From Eledone cirrhosa (taxonomy: Eukaryota): DNA of 64,000 nucleotides. Of the stretch, positions 26,580-40,200 are shown in pieces. The stretch is from positions 27,218,001 to 27,282,000 of the forward strand of contig OZ024759.1 in NCBI GenBank assembly GCA_964016885.1. Direction: 5' to 3'. The position numbers were made by a program, and so were the translations under genes. The notes beneath the pieces were generated by a model that saw nothing but the letters and a program-made list of their open reading frames with translations, searched no databases and was not told where the DNA came from. The first letter of the stretch is position 1. Every line of letters starts with the position of its first letter.

Positions 26580-29317
26580 CAATTCGATTAGTACCTGCTA
26601 TATAGTAGATACAACTTCGATTCATACCCAATGTTATATATATATATCTGTGTGTGTATCCCTGGTTCAATCGGGGGGTAACCACAGTAAGTAAGGTACT
26701 CAATACATAGCAGAGTATAAATATTTAATATCTTTCGAATGAAACAGTTCTAGTCCTGTAGAAGCCATTTCTATATAGATATATATATATATACACACAC
26801 ACACACCATATATTTTTACCTTATCATCATCATCATTTTACGTCCACTTTTCCCTGCTTGCAAGGGTGGGACGGGAACTGATTCTGGCTTGATTTCTACA
26901 GCTGGATGCCCTTCCTAACACCAACCTCATTTACAGTGAGTGCTGGGTGCTTTTTTGCCGTGGCACCTCCACGACCACTTTGCAGTGGAATGATATGAAC
27001 CCCAGTCCCTATCATCTCATTTCTACAGCTGAGTAAACTGGAGCAATGTGAAATAAAGTGTCTTGCTCAAGGAAGCAACTCATCACCCGGTCTGAGAATT
27101 GAACTCACAACCTTTCGATTGCAAGGCCAATGTTCTAACCACTAAGCCATGTGCCTCCCACATATATATATATATATATATATTTGTATATTACTAAGGG
27201 CAGGTGGTTAGCATGTCTAAGGAAAGAATTGCTGGACAGATTCTACAGGCAAAACCAACCAGCAAGAGACCCAGGGATGGAACCCGAACAAAATGGTTGG
27301 ATAACATCCAGAGGCTTGGCTGGTCTCACTTGGGGGATACAGCCGGATCAGTTGGCGATGGACCTGCTGGAAGGAGTGTCTTTGATGACTTTGATGCCTG
27401 CATGACCCTCTCAGGAATAAGTGGGTGAAGATGATATATAAGTATATTTATAACATTATGTTTTGTCTTCTATTCGCCCCGGTACCACCTGTATTTTTCC
27501 GCATTATACTGGCTTTCTGAACAATATGTATGTGTATGTATATATATGTGTGTTTGTGAGTGTATATATATATATATATGTTGGTACCAAAGAACATCCA
27601 GTCCAGATTAAAGAGTTTGTGTAGGTTTCATGACAAAAATGCACCCAGTCCACACTGTAGGGTGGTCATGTAAGAGACATGGTAAAAAGGCTCACAGTCC
27701 ACACTGTAAATGTGGTTGGTGTTAGGAAGGGCATCCAGCCGTAGAAAAGCTCCCAGATACAGTCCTATATGAGTAAGACACTCCATTGCATCTTCCTTCT
27801 ACTGGGATTTCCTGGCACTTTACCCAGTGGTCATCCTCCATGCGCATCACATGTCCATACCATCTCAGTCTTTTCTCCCGCTCACCACAACTTATCCCTC
27901 TTATACAGTTTCTCAATTCATCTATGCTTGGTCATTCACGCATATTGACATTGCACATCCAACGGAGCATGCTTGCTTCATTTCTCTCCAGCCGTCGCAT
28001 ATCTCTATAGTTGCTGCTCATGTCTCACTACCATGCAGTAGCACACATCTCACACAGGCATCATATAACCGGCCTTTCGTACACAGGGAGAAACCCTTCT
28101 TTGTCAACAGAGGAAGCAGCTCCCTAAACTTCTTCCAACCTATCCTTATTCTAGATACTATGGCCTCAGAACAGCCCCCTCCCATGCTAATCTGATCACC
28201 TAGGTACCGGAAGCTATCAACCACTTCTATAGAACCAACCAGCATTTCAAAAATGTGTCTATCACTGCGATTACTACTGTCAAATTTCCCAGTACATCTA
28301 CTGCTGCATACGTAGTTTTCCCTACCTGTTAGTTTGCCTACTATCCCACTACATCTCTTGTGTACCCAAGATCTACATTGCATACATTTTATAGAATTTA
28401 TGCCAGTTCCTTTTCTACATATCGAACATGGCCATTTCCCTGATGGAATCAGAGTTTTGTCCTCTTTTCTATTTATCAACACTTTTGTCTTAGCTATGTT
28501 CACTCTGAGTCCTCTTGATCCTAACTGCTGTTTCAATGGCCAGAATTTCTTCTCTAGTTCCTCTACTGATTCTGCTATAAGAACCAGATCATCAGCATAG
28601 AGAAGTTCCCATGGGTAGCCAGTCTTAAACTCCTCTGTTATGGCTTGGAGGACTATAATGAACAAGAGCGGGCTGAGGACCAAACCCTGATGTACTCCGA
28701 ATTGTATCTGGAATTCCTCACTAAACTCCATTCCTACTCTCACGTTACTGACAGCACCTCTGTACATAGCTTGCACTGTACTCACAAGCCATTCCTCTAC
28801 ACCTAGTTTGCTTAGGAACCACCAGATGACAGATCGGGGGTACCCTATCAAAGGCCTTCTCTAGGTCAACAAAAGCTAAGTATATATATATATATATAAA
28901 TAGTAGTAATAATAATAATAATAATAAATGTGAAGACTGAAGTCCGAAGGATTATATATATATAAAACCATAGAGCAAATATTTAAGATGAAAGCAGCGA
29001 TTCTTTGCTTAAACTTTAATCTGTTATTTTAATAAATATATATATATGGCATGGGCAATACAATACAATAGGAGGAAACATAATAGTACCACTGATGATG
29101 TTGCAGATGTGTGACGAAAGAATTTTGATAGACTATATATATATATATTCATATCGGTATTTTTAACCGTTGGTCAATCAATGATAAACATTGATTGCCA
29201 AAAAAATTAACTATGGAGATATAAAAGCTACAGAAGCGAAAACCAACCAAACAGTGAGTGTGTTCTGTTATTATTTCTGGCAATATTATAACAATATGAC
29301 CCTCACCAAGTATAACA

Positions 29318-29358
<41 letters not shown>

Positions 29359-32300
29359 TATATACCACCAGCACTACTACTACTGCTATGTGTATGTAGT
29401 CATTGAGATTCTCCCCTAGTTCAACTTTGTACTCCCTATTGTTACTCTGTAAGTTTTACATCTAATTGTTGTAGTTTCAATGAAGCCAAACAACAACATG
29501 AACTTTATACTTGGATTTATTTTAGATATATATGTGTGTGCGTGTGTGTAGATTTGTCACAATAACGTAAATTTTATACCTGTATAATATGGGCTGTGGA
29601 TTGGTGGAATCTGTAGAGCGCTGGCTCTTGAGTTCTGGTTTCAAATCTCGCTTAGGTCAAATTGTGTATTCCCAGTGTGTTGGATGTGTGTGTTGGTTTG
29701 TTTGTCTATGCAAAGCTGTGAGTATGTTTGTGTGTCAGACTGTGAAAAATCTACATATATATATATATATATTATTAGAAAGTGAGGTTTTTTTACCAAA
29801 AGGAAAAATAACCGAGGTGTCCTACATGAGTGAAAGTATAAAGGAAAGAAGATGAAATCGAAAATGCAACTGGAGTTTTATTTTTTTTAAAATATATATA
29901 TTTATTTGCTTCCTTTACCGGTTTCGCAGTTCTTCTGCTTTTCAAAAGTAGAGTTGAGATGGAGGGTCTGTGGTTTTTCTCACATCATATATATATATGA
30001 CTATCCAGGAAAAACTTGAACCGTTAAGTTATTTTTTCCTGGTTATGTCAATATTTATAAAAGAAACTTTGTATTTTATCTGATGAGAGCATACTAAAGT
30101 GTTGGTACCCTTGAAATATATATAATAGAATAAATATGGTTTTATAAATATAGTTTCCATTTATTTAATATCATTGAATATTATACTCCAGAAAACTTGT
30201 TGAGTGCTTTGAATCAGTTATAAACATTTATATTTGTTGAATTACCAACAAATTGAATATCCCTTTTGATTATATATATATGTTTACTCAGTTTACTCAG
30301 CTGTAGAAATGAGATGATAGGGACTGGGGTCCCTATCATTCCACTGCAAAGTGGTCGTGGAGGTGCCACGGCAAAAAAGCACCCAGCACTCACTGTAAAT
30401 GAGGTTGGTGTTAGGAAGGGCATCCAGCTGTAGAAATCAAGCCAGAATCAGTTCCCGTCCCACCCTTGCAAGCAGGGAAAAGCGGACGTAAAATGAAATG
30501 ATGATGATGATGATGATGTATATGTGTATATATATGTATATGTATATGTGTATGTCAGGTCACCAGTTGGTGCTACTGGTAACATGTATTCCAGTACAAC
30601 CTGTCCCATGGTCGGGTCGTTGGCGACTAAACTGGCAAACCCACCAAGGTTTCTTGGTGAGGAGGGTGACTTTGGACATCCTGCAGGACTAAAAACAAAA
30701 CCTGTCAAAGGGAAAAGGAACTCTTAAGAGTCAATGGCCATCCAAAATCACCGGGAGAGATGACCCCTTAGCCTTTGTCAAGGCAGAATTCTAGGAGAAG
30801 GAAAACTCTGATATAACACCTGCAACCCTGATGGTATCCAATGATGTTGACTTGTTCTTCTTTTTGGTAAATATCATCTTGGTTAAGAGACTGGGACTGG
30901 CTTTGTGCAGAGCCTTTGCTCACTATAAAAGCTTCACGGCACAGGCATTGCTTTATATCTGGAGATCTCTCTGTACTTGTCGTCACATGGTACCATGGGC
31001 CCAGCACTATGTGTCAATAATTGTCACAAGTGTAGTGTTTGTACCAGAGTTTTCAAGTCGCTGGCTGGACTAAAAAGTCACACTCATTCAGCGCATCGGT
31101 AGGGGTTCTCCTACATGGATATAAAGTAGTGGCCGTACTCGAAAACGAGTTGGCAGCCACCATATGTGTATGTATATATATATATGTATATGTGTATGTA
31201 TATATATATGTATATGTGTATGTATATATATGTATATATATATATATATGGTGATGGTCATGTTGCCAGTATTGCTAATAAAAATCACAAAACAAATACA
31301 AACAAATACATAAACATATATATATATATATAAGGTTTAGAAAAGGCACCAAAGAATCAATACGTTTTTAAGCTAACACGTTTCAGTCGCCTGAACCCTA
31401 TTGCATTGAGCTTTAAAACCTCTGGTAAAGTTTCTACCCAATAATAACAATACTATTTTTGTTATTAATATTAAACATATATATATATATATGTAGAAGT
31501 TCTATTTAAATTGTTGGGATACAACAAGCAAATATTTTTATAACTGATATAAAGCACTCAACAAATTATTGGAGTAAAAATACGATATATTAACAAATGG
31601 AAACTATAATAGTATAAATAAATTTAAAACCCCACTATCCGGGAGCTTCCAACAGAAATGATCGCATTTTTTAAGGGTATGTCAATATTTATTTATAAAA
31701 CTGATCTATATTATATTTTATCTGATGAAAGCACACCATAATTTAACTTGGTGTCCTTGAAATATGTATAATGAAATAAATATGGTTTTATAAATATAGC
31801 TTCCATTTGTTAATATATCGTATATATATATACATTTCTTTTCAGAAAACTGTTCTCCAAAGTGCTGCAAATGACTCAAAACAAGGCGATGCCTATGCAA
31901 GGTAGATAAAATATTCTTTATTATATATGCGGTGGATTGGCACTATCGGTTGAGGGTCGGACACCATGCTTTGCAGCATAGAGTTATGGCCTTTTACGTT
32001 CTGAGTTCAAATCTCATCCTTATGGGGTCGATAAAGTACCGGTAATACACTAGGATAATTGCTGGCTTTGTGCCAAAAGTTGAAACAATTATATATCTTA
32101 TATATCTTGAGCCAGTTCAGTTATATATCTTATAAATGTAACCAATTTATTTATATATCTTATAAATGTAACCAATTTATTTATATATCTTATAAATGTA
32201 ACCAGTTCATTTATATATCTTATAAATGTAACCAGTTCATTTGTATATCTTATAAATGTAACCAGTTCAGTTATATATCTTATAAATGTAACCAGTTCAG

Positions 32301-35300
32301 TTATATATCTTATAAATGTAACCAATTTATTTATATATCTTATAAATGTAACCAGTTCATTTGTATATCTTATAAATATAACCAGTTCAGTTATATATCT
32401 TATAAATGTAACCAGTTCATTTATATATCTTATAAATGTAACCAGTTCATTTATATATCTTATAAATGTAACCAGTTCATTTATATATCTTATAAATGTA
32501 ACCAGTTCATTTATATATCTTATAAATGTAACCAGTTCATTTGTATATCTTATAAATGTAACCAGTTCAGTTATATATCTTATAAATGTAACCAGTTCAT
32601 TTATATATCTTATAAATGTAACCAGTTCATTTATATATCTTATAAATGTAACCAGTTCAGTTATATATCTTATAAATGTAACCAGTTCATTTATATATCT
32701 TATAAATGTAACCAGTTCAGTTATATATCTTATAAATGTAACCAATTCATTTGTATATCTTATAAATGTAACCAGTTCATTTATATATCTTATAAATGTA
32801 ACCAGTTCATTTGTATATCTTATAAATGTAACCAGTTCATTTATATATCTTATAAATGTAACCAGTTCATTTATATATCTTATAAATGTAACCAGTTCAT
32901 TTGTATATCTTATAAATGTAACCAGTTCATTTATATATCTTATAAATGTAACCAGTTCATTTATATATCTTATAAATGTAACCAGTTCATTTGTATATCT
33001 TATAAATGTAACCAGTTCATTTATATATCTTATAAATGTAACCAGTTCAGTTATATATCTTATAAATGTAACCAGTTCAGTTATATATCTTATAAATGTA
33101 ACCAGTTCAGTTATATATCTTATAAATGTAACCAGTTCATTTGTATATCTTATAAATGTAACCAGTTCAGTTATATATCTTATAAATGTAACCAATTCAT
33201 TTATATATCTTATAAATGTAACCAGTTCATTTATATATCTTATAAATGTAACCAGTTCATTTATATATCTTATAAATGTAACCAGTTCAGTTATATATCT
33301 TATAAATGTAACCAGTTCATTTATATATCTTATAAATGTAACCAGTTCATTTATATATCTTATAAATGTAACCAATTCATTTGTATATCTTATAAATGTA
33401 ACCAGTTCAGTTATATATCTTATAAATGTAACCAGTTCATTTGTTCTATATCTTATAAATGTAACCAGTTCATTTGTATATCTTGTAATCACTTGGTTGA
33501 TGGCAGCCGTCCTTGCTGGCGTTGAAGAGACGACCATTATCTTAGGTGGCGTGTGCATCAAACAAGAAAACTGGTCAGGCTTGGGGATGGAGCTGATCAT
33601 CCAATACAACCATGAAAACATCGAGGCCATCCCCGAAATGATCAACCTTGGATGACAGCATCCACCTACCTGCAGCTGTTTGGTGACCATGGTGAAAGAG
33701 GTTGTATGGTGGACATGTCTGAAAGAGTTGAAGATGAGCACTTTCCTCTTTGGTGACGCTCTCATTAACTTTTTCAGGTTTCACCTGAAAAGGAAAATCC
33801 GGATGGAGAGGGAAGTTCTGCCTTCCAGCCAGTTTGTTGAAAGTTGGGAGAGAGAGGCAAGGATGGCCTGTGTGAATGGGCCTGCCCTGTGCATGTGCCT
33901 GTAGTATTGTAGGAGGACAACTGAGAGACAGCATTTGCTCTTGCAGACAGGGTGACTGTGGCTTTTGTGGGCTTTCTCCACGAGTAACCCTCAGTGGTCT
34001 CCCCGTATTGGAGATTTTTCCTTTGTTTCAATTTCTTTGTTACAACTTTTGTTTTTGTTTCCTTTTGTTTTACACACAGAAACCCATATTTGTACTGTCC
34101 TTAATGTATTTTTTTGTAAACCCCTTGTGGAGGTTTCGCAGTATTGGTAGAGCGTCAGACACCATGCTTTGCAGCACAGAGTTATGGCCTTTTACGTTCT
34201 GAGTTCAAAACCCGCCGATGTTAACTTTGTTTTTCATCCTTACAGGGTCGATAAAATAAAGTACCAGTAACGTACTGGGGTTGATTTAAACGATTTTCCC
34301 CCCGCCCCCAAAATTGCTGGCCTTGTGCCTATATAAGAAACCATTATTATTCATTCATATATATATTTGTTATTTTTTCCAACTCTAGTCTTGGTATTAT
34401 CTACTCAGTCTTCTCCATCTGTAACTGGATTGCTCCGGTCATCATATTTTGGTGTGGCACCAAAATATCTATGATAATTGGTGGTATCACCTACCTGTGA
34501 GTATAACACACATATGTATCTACACTATCACCACCACCACCACCTATATTCACTACAGGCACCACCCCTTACTTTCAACACGGACACCGTCACCACCACA
34601 GACACCATCACTTCCACCACCACCACCTACATTCACCACAGACACCACCACACACACACACTTCCACAACATTCACCACAGATACTACCACCCACAACAT
34701 TCACCACAGACACTACTACCAGTACCCTAATCATCATCATTATCATCATTGTAATAGCGGTGGATTGGCAGTATTGGTAGAGTGTCGGATGCCATGCTTT
34801 GACGCATAGAGTCACGGCCCTTGCCATTCTCAGTTCAAATCCCGCCGAGGTTAACTTTGCCTTTCATCCGTACGGGGTCGATAAAATAAAGTACCAGTAA
34901 TGTACTGGGTAATTTGCTGGCCTTGTGCCTAAAGTAGAAACAATTATTATTTTTGGCAACAGGGCACTGGATTGGTAGAACTGGTGGAACGTCGGACAAC
35001 ATGCTTAGCAGCATAGTGTTACAGCCCTTTACGTTCTGAGTTCCAAACCCACTGAGGTTAGCTTTGCCTTTCATCTTTACAGGGTCGATAAAATAAAGTA
35101 CCAGTAATGCACTGGGGTCAATTAAATCAACTTTCCCCTCCACCCCCACCCAAGAAAATTGCTGGCCTTGTGCTTAAATCAGAAACCATTATTATTTTTG
35201 GCAATATTAGGATAACATGACCCCCACCCCACCCTCAATATAACAATATCTGATTAATATATATATAATGTTTAAAATCAATAATTTGATTATATTTCTT

Positions 35301-37194
35301 AATATTTTCAGGCTGTTTATTTTGTCTTTCCTGAAACCCATATACTGGACCCTCTATGTAGGATCTGTCCTGATTGGGTTTGGAGCAGCGGGTAAGTCCC
35401 CTTATTCTCTATTAACCCCTTACTATTTATTAGTCTATATTTACTATTATATTTTCGCAGTAAAGGCTTTACCTCACATAATATCTCACATAGCATTTAC
35501 ATTACTCTATATTTACTATTATATTTTCGCAGTAAAGACTTTACCTCACATAATATCTCACATAGCATTTACTATTATATTTTCGCAGTAAAGCCTTTAC
35601 CTCACATAATTACCTCACATAGCATTTACATTACTCTATATTTACTATTATATTTTCACGGTAAAGGTTTTACCTCACATAATATCAGATCTACGAAATT
35701 TCGATCTTATTTATTTTGAGAACAATACCTTAACATCAATATGAGCAGCCAATTACTGTTAGTTTGAACAGAAAGGGGTGAGAGAATTCTGGCCGGATAC
35801 GTCCGGTTTAAATGCTAAAGTGTTAACACACTCATTATGATTCTCTCCTCGTAGTGTTCAGAAACTCAGCTATATTTCTATCATCATCATCATCACAGTT
35901 TAATGGCCCTTTTTCAACGCTAGCATGGGTTAGACGAGTTGACCTGTGGTGAGCAATGCTAGGTCAGGTGACCATGTCTTGCTCCTACAGAATCGATTTT
36001 GGCTTCGTTTCTACAGCTGGATGCCCTCTTAACGGCAACCACATTTACAGTGAGTACTGGATGCTTTTTGTCATGACACCTACATGACCACTTAACGGTG
36101 TGGGTTGTGGGCTTTTTGTCATGGCACCTTGATGACTACTTTACAGTGTGGGTTGGGTGCTTTTTATCATGACAGCTAGATCACCACTTTACAGTGTGGG
36201 TTGGGTGCCTTTGTCGTGACACCTACACAACTAATTTACAGTGTGAGTTGGGTGCTTTTTGTCATAACACCTACACGACCCATTTACAGTGTAGGTTGGG
36301 TGCTTTTTGTCATAACACCTACACGACCACTTTACAGTGTGGGCTTGGGACTTTTTATCATGTCGCCATCACAACCACTTTATGAGTTTCATAATATATA
36401 ATGTTTCAACTTTACCATTTCAGTTATTTGGACGGCACAAGGAGCATTCCTCACCAATAACTCTAACTCTGAGACAATGTCTAGAAACAGTGGAATATTT
36501 TGGGCTCTTTTACAGTGCAGGTAAGTGTTTGTGTATGGATATGGATATGTGCACATGTATATATTTTAGTGTATATATATATATATATATGGAGGCACAT
36601 GGCCTAGTGGTTAGAGCATTGGCCTTGCAATCGAAAGGTTGTGAGTTCAATTCTCAGACCGGATGATGTGTTGTTTCCTTGAGCAAGACACATTATTTCA
36701 CATTGCTCCAGTTTACTCAGCTGTAGAAATGAGATGATAGGGACTGGGGTCCATATCATTCCACTGCAAAGTGGTCGTGGAGGTGCTATGGCAAAAAAGC
36801 ACCCAGCACTCACTGTAAATGAGGTTGGTGTTAGGAAGGGCATCCAGCTGTAGAAATCAAGCCAGCATCAGTTCCCGTCCCACCCTTGCAAGCAAGGAAA
36901 AAGCGGACGTAAAATGAAATGATGATGATGATATATATATACACACACACGCATATGTATATATTAAATTCTGTCTTCCTAACAACAACTCATCTCTGGC
37001 CGATCTTCGCAGGGATACTCCATTGATAATGGGTTTTTAAACCCGAAAATATTTGGGATAATTAAATTTGCTAAGGTAAGATTCTATTGTTATCTTGGCA
37101 CCTTTAATTTTCTAATGTATTGTCTGGTTTTTTTAAATTATTTAAATTTGTATTTCCTATTCAAAAATGTTTCAAGTAAGCTACATCACTCTGT

Positions 37195-37228
<34 letters not shown>

Positions 37229-40200
37229 TTTAGCTTCAACATAGCTGTATACATATATGTCTGTGAATTTCGTGTATCTAAAAATATATGGTATGTTTAA
37301 AAAATAAACATTTTGAAAGCCTAGCTATGATTATAGAAAGGCTGACATACAGCACCATCTACTGGATTCCAGCTCTATATATATATATATTTATGTGTGT
37401 CTATATATATATATGGGACCCGTTCAACCGATGCTAGCGTGGAAGATAGACGTTAATCGATGATGATGGTGTGTGTGTGTGTGTGTTTGAATTTACAAAT
37501 AGGAAAGGAAAGATGTGTGTGTATACATTTGTATTTCTCAAATTTTTAAAATTCATCAAAGAAAGGAGTTATCAATCACTAAATATCATATAAAATTCTT
37601 ACATTAACAATCAAACTAGAGTATGACCAAACAGAAAGAGAGAGAGAGAGTGCTTATGGAGAGGGTAGTATCACCTCCTTGAGGCACACCATTGTGCCAT
37701 TTTCTCCAGGTTTCCAACATTTCATTTAAAATTTCTTTTCTTTTGTCTTTCTCTACAGTTTACTGTGGGGTAACATCTACACTTACTTCACGTTCCAAGG
37801 AAAATATAAGATCAGTGACGAGATGAGAACACAATTATTTGCTGGTCTTAGTGGGGCCTGTGCACTTGGTGTTTTCCTCCTCGTCTTCCTACGATCAAAA
37901 GTTCCTCCTCCTCCATTGAATGGTCATGAAGACTCCATAGACAAGTCCACCTCCAGGTAAGCAACAACCTTATCCTCTAGATAGAACAATAAACCGAGCC
38001 CATTTATTCCTGAATGGGTCGTGGGGGCAGAGTCCTCAAACACTCCTTCCAGTAACCAGTCCTGTCAGAAGTAACCATCTCCATCTGATCCAAGTGAGAC
38101 CAGCCGATCTCATGGACGTTTTCCAACCATCTTGCTTGGGGTCTACCCCTGGGTCTCCTGTTAGTTGGTTTTGCCCATAAAATCTGTCTAGTGATTCTTT
38201 CCTGAGACATTCTAACAAAATGTCTATAGTATCGGAGCTGTTATCTCTCAATTCAGAGAAGTAGCGGCTCTACTTGGAGTGACTCTCATCTCTGAGTTAT
38301 GCACTCTATCATGTAATGATACTCTGAAAGGTAAGTCAATCACAACATATACAGATCATATAAACCTCCTAGATCATATAACCTAGAACATAAACCTACA
38401 TGAATGTTACATCAGTATTAAAATACATTAAAATAAGGTCAGTATTAAAATACACAGACCAAACAACCTACCAGATCATAAATTTACCTGAATGTTAGGT
38501 GTGTATTAAAATACCCTGATCATACAGCCTTCTAGATTATAAACCTAGCTGAAATTTAGGACAATCACAAAATATTTTGATCATACAGCCTTCCAGAACA
38601 TAAACCTAGCTGAAATTTTGGACAATCACAACATATCTTGATCATACAGCCTTCTAGAACATAAACATAGCTGAAATTTAGGTTAGTATTAAAATATGCA
38701 GACCAAATAACGTTCCAGAACATGAATTTACCTGAAAGATAAGGTCGATCACAAAATACACAGACCATTTTCTTTGATTAGGTTGTAAGTATTAAAAGTA
38801 ATGTAATGTAGCTGTTTGTGCAACATCTGTCAATCACTCTCACTACTCCCACCTCTACCTGCGTCTTATATGTAAAATCAATTATTGATTATTTAGACAT
38901 AATCGGCAGTGAGGGAATTGAAGTGAATTAAACCATTTAAAATAGTTACTTCAAATCTATATATTTTTATAGATCTCCAGGTCAAAGAAAGATAAAATTG
39001 ACTCAACAGGATTTGAACTCAATACACAATGAGACTTGGATTAAATGTAAATTATTGGAAGTGATGGGGGGAGGTGTGGAGTGAGTGCTGTGTTCAGTTT
39101 TATTGATCGTTAGTACTTGACAGGGATTCAAACTGGCAGAATACTTAGAACATCAGACAACATGCTTTGTAGCATTGAGTTACAGCTCTTTACATTCAGA
39201 GTTCAAATCCCACTGAGATCGGTTTCTCTTTCGTCTTTACGGGATTGATAATATAAAATACCAGTAACGTACTGGAGTCTAGATCCTGCTGATGTCATCA
39301 TTGCTTCTCATTTTGCCAAGATTGATGAAATAAAGTACCAGTAATGTACTGGGGTATAGATCTTGCCAAGGTCAATATTGTCTCTCATTTTGCCAAGATC
39401 AATGAAATAAAGTACCAGTGAAGTACTGAGATCAGTATAATCAGCTTACCCCCAACCCCCAAATTGCTGACCTTGGGCCAAAATTAGTACCGATATCATA
39501 CAATGGAAGGAAGCCACAGTAGAGGTAGACCAAGAAAGACCTGAGCAGAGGTTGTGACAGCTGACCTCAAATCACTGAGACTCACAGGAAATCCCAGTGG
39601 AAGGAAGCTGCAGTAGAGGTCGACCAAGAAAGACCTGAGCAGAGGTTGTGACAGCTGACCTCAAATCACAGATTCACAGAGGTGTGTGGAGATGCTGTGC
39701 TGATAAGGACCTATCCAACCCATGCAAGCATGGAAAAGCAGACGTAAAGATGATGATGATGATAGTTAGGGCGTTAGACAAGATACTTATATGTAAGTCC
39801 AGCACTGCAGTAACCCCTATTTCTAACAGCTGTTATTAAGATGAAAACCCACCGAGGTTAGCTTATCATTAGAGTGTCGATAAAATAAAGTACCAGTAAT
39901 GCATTGGGGTTGATTTAATCGACTTTGTCCTCCCTCCACAATTGTTGACCTTGTGCTTAAGAAACCATTAATATATCAAAAGGCTCTCTCACCTGCTCAT
40001 TTCTCTACTTCCATTACAGTCAAGAAAACACTGAAAGTGTAAAAAGTACATTCCGTGAGTACCTCTTACCTTCACTCTTCTTCCCCTTCTCCCTTCCTCT
40101 TTAACGGAGCTAAATGTATAGTAATAATAAAAATAAAGACCAAAATCTGAAGAGAACTCGATAAGGGTTGTATAATTATATAAAAATATATATAAAAACC

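Noticed and set aside
32059-33765. 488-aa and 555-aa repeat ORFs
   Set aside because: Translation of a 30-bp satellite; the non-repetitive ends are SINE and antisense LINE sequence
36591-36665. tRNA gene
   Set aside because: The tRNA-like head continues into SINE body and tail, is multi-copy and lacks a proper acceptor stem
38973-38980. 8-nt micro-exon ATCTCCAG as MFSD11 exon 7
   Set aside because: Phase fits but the donor GTCAAA is weak; 40020-40054 has far better splice signals
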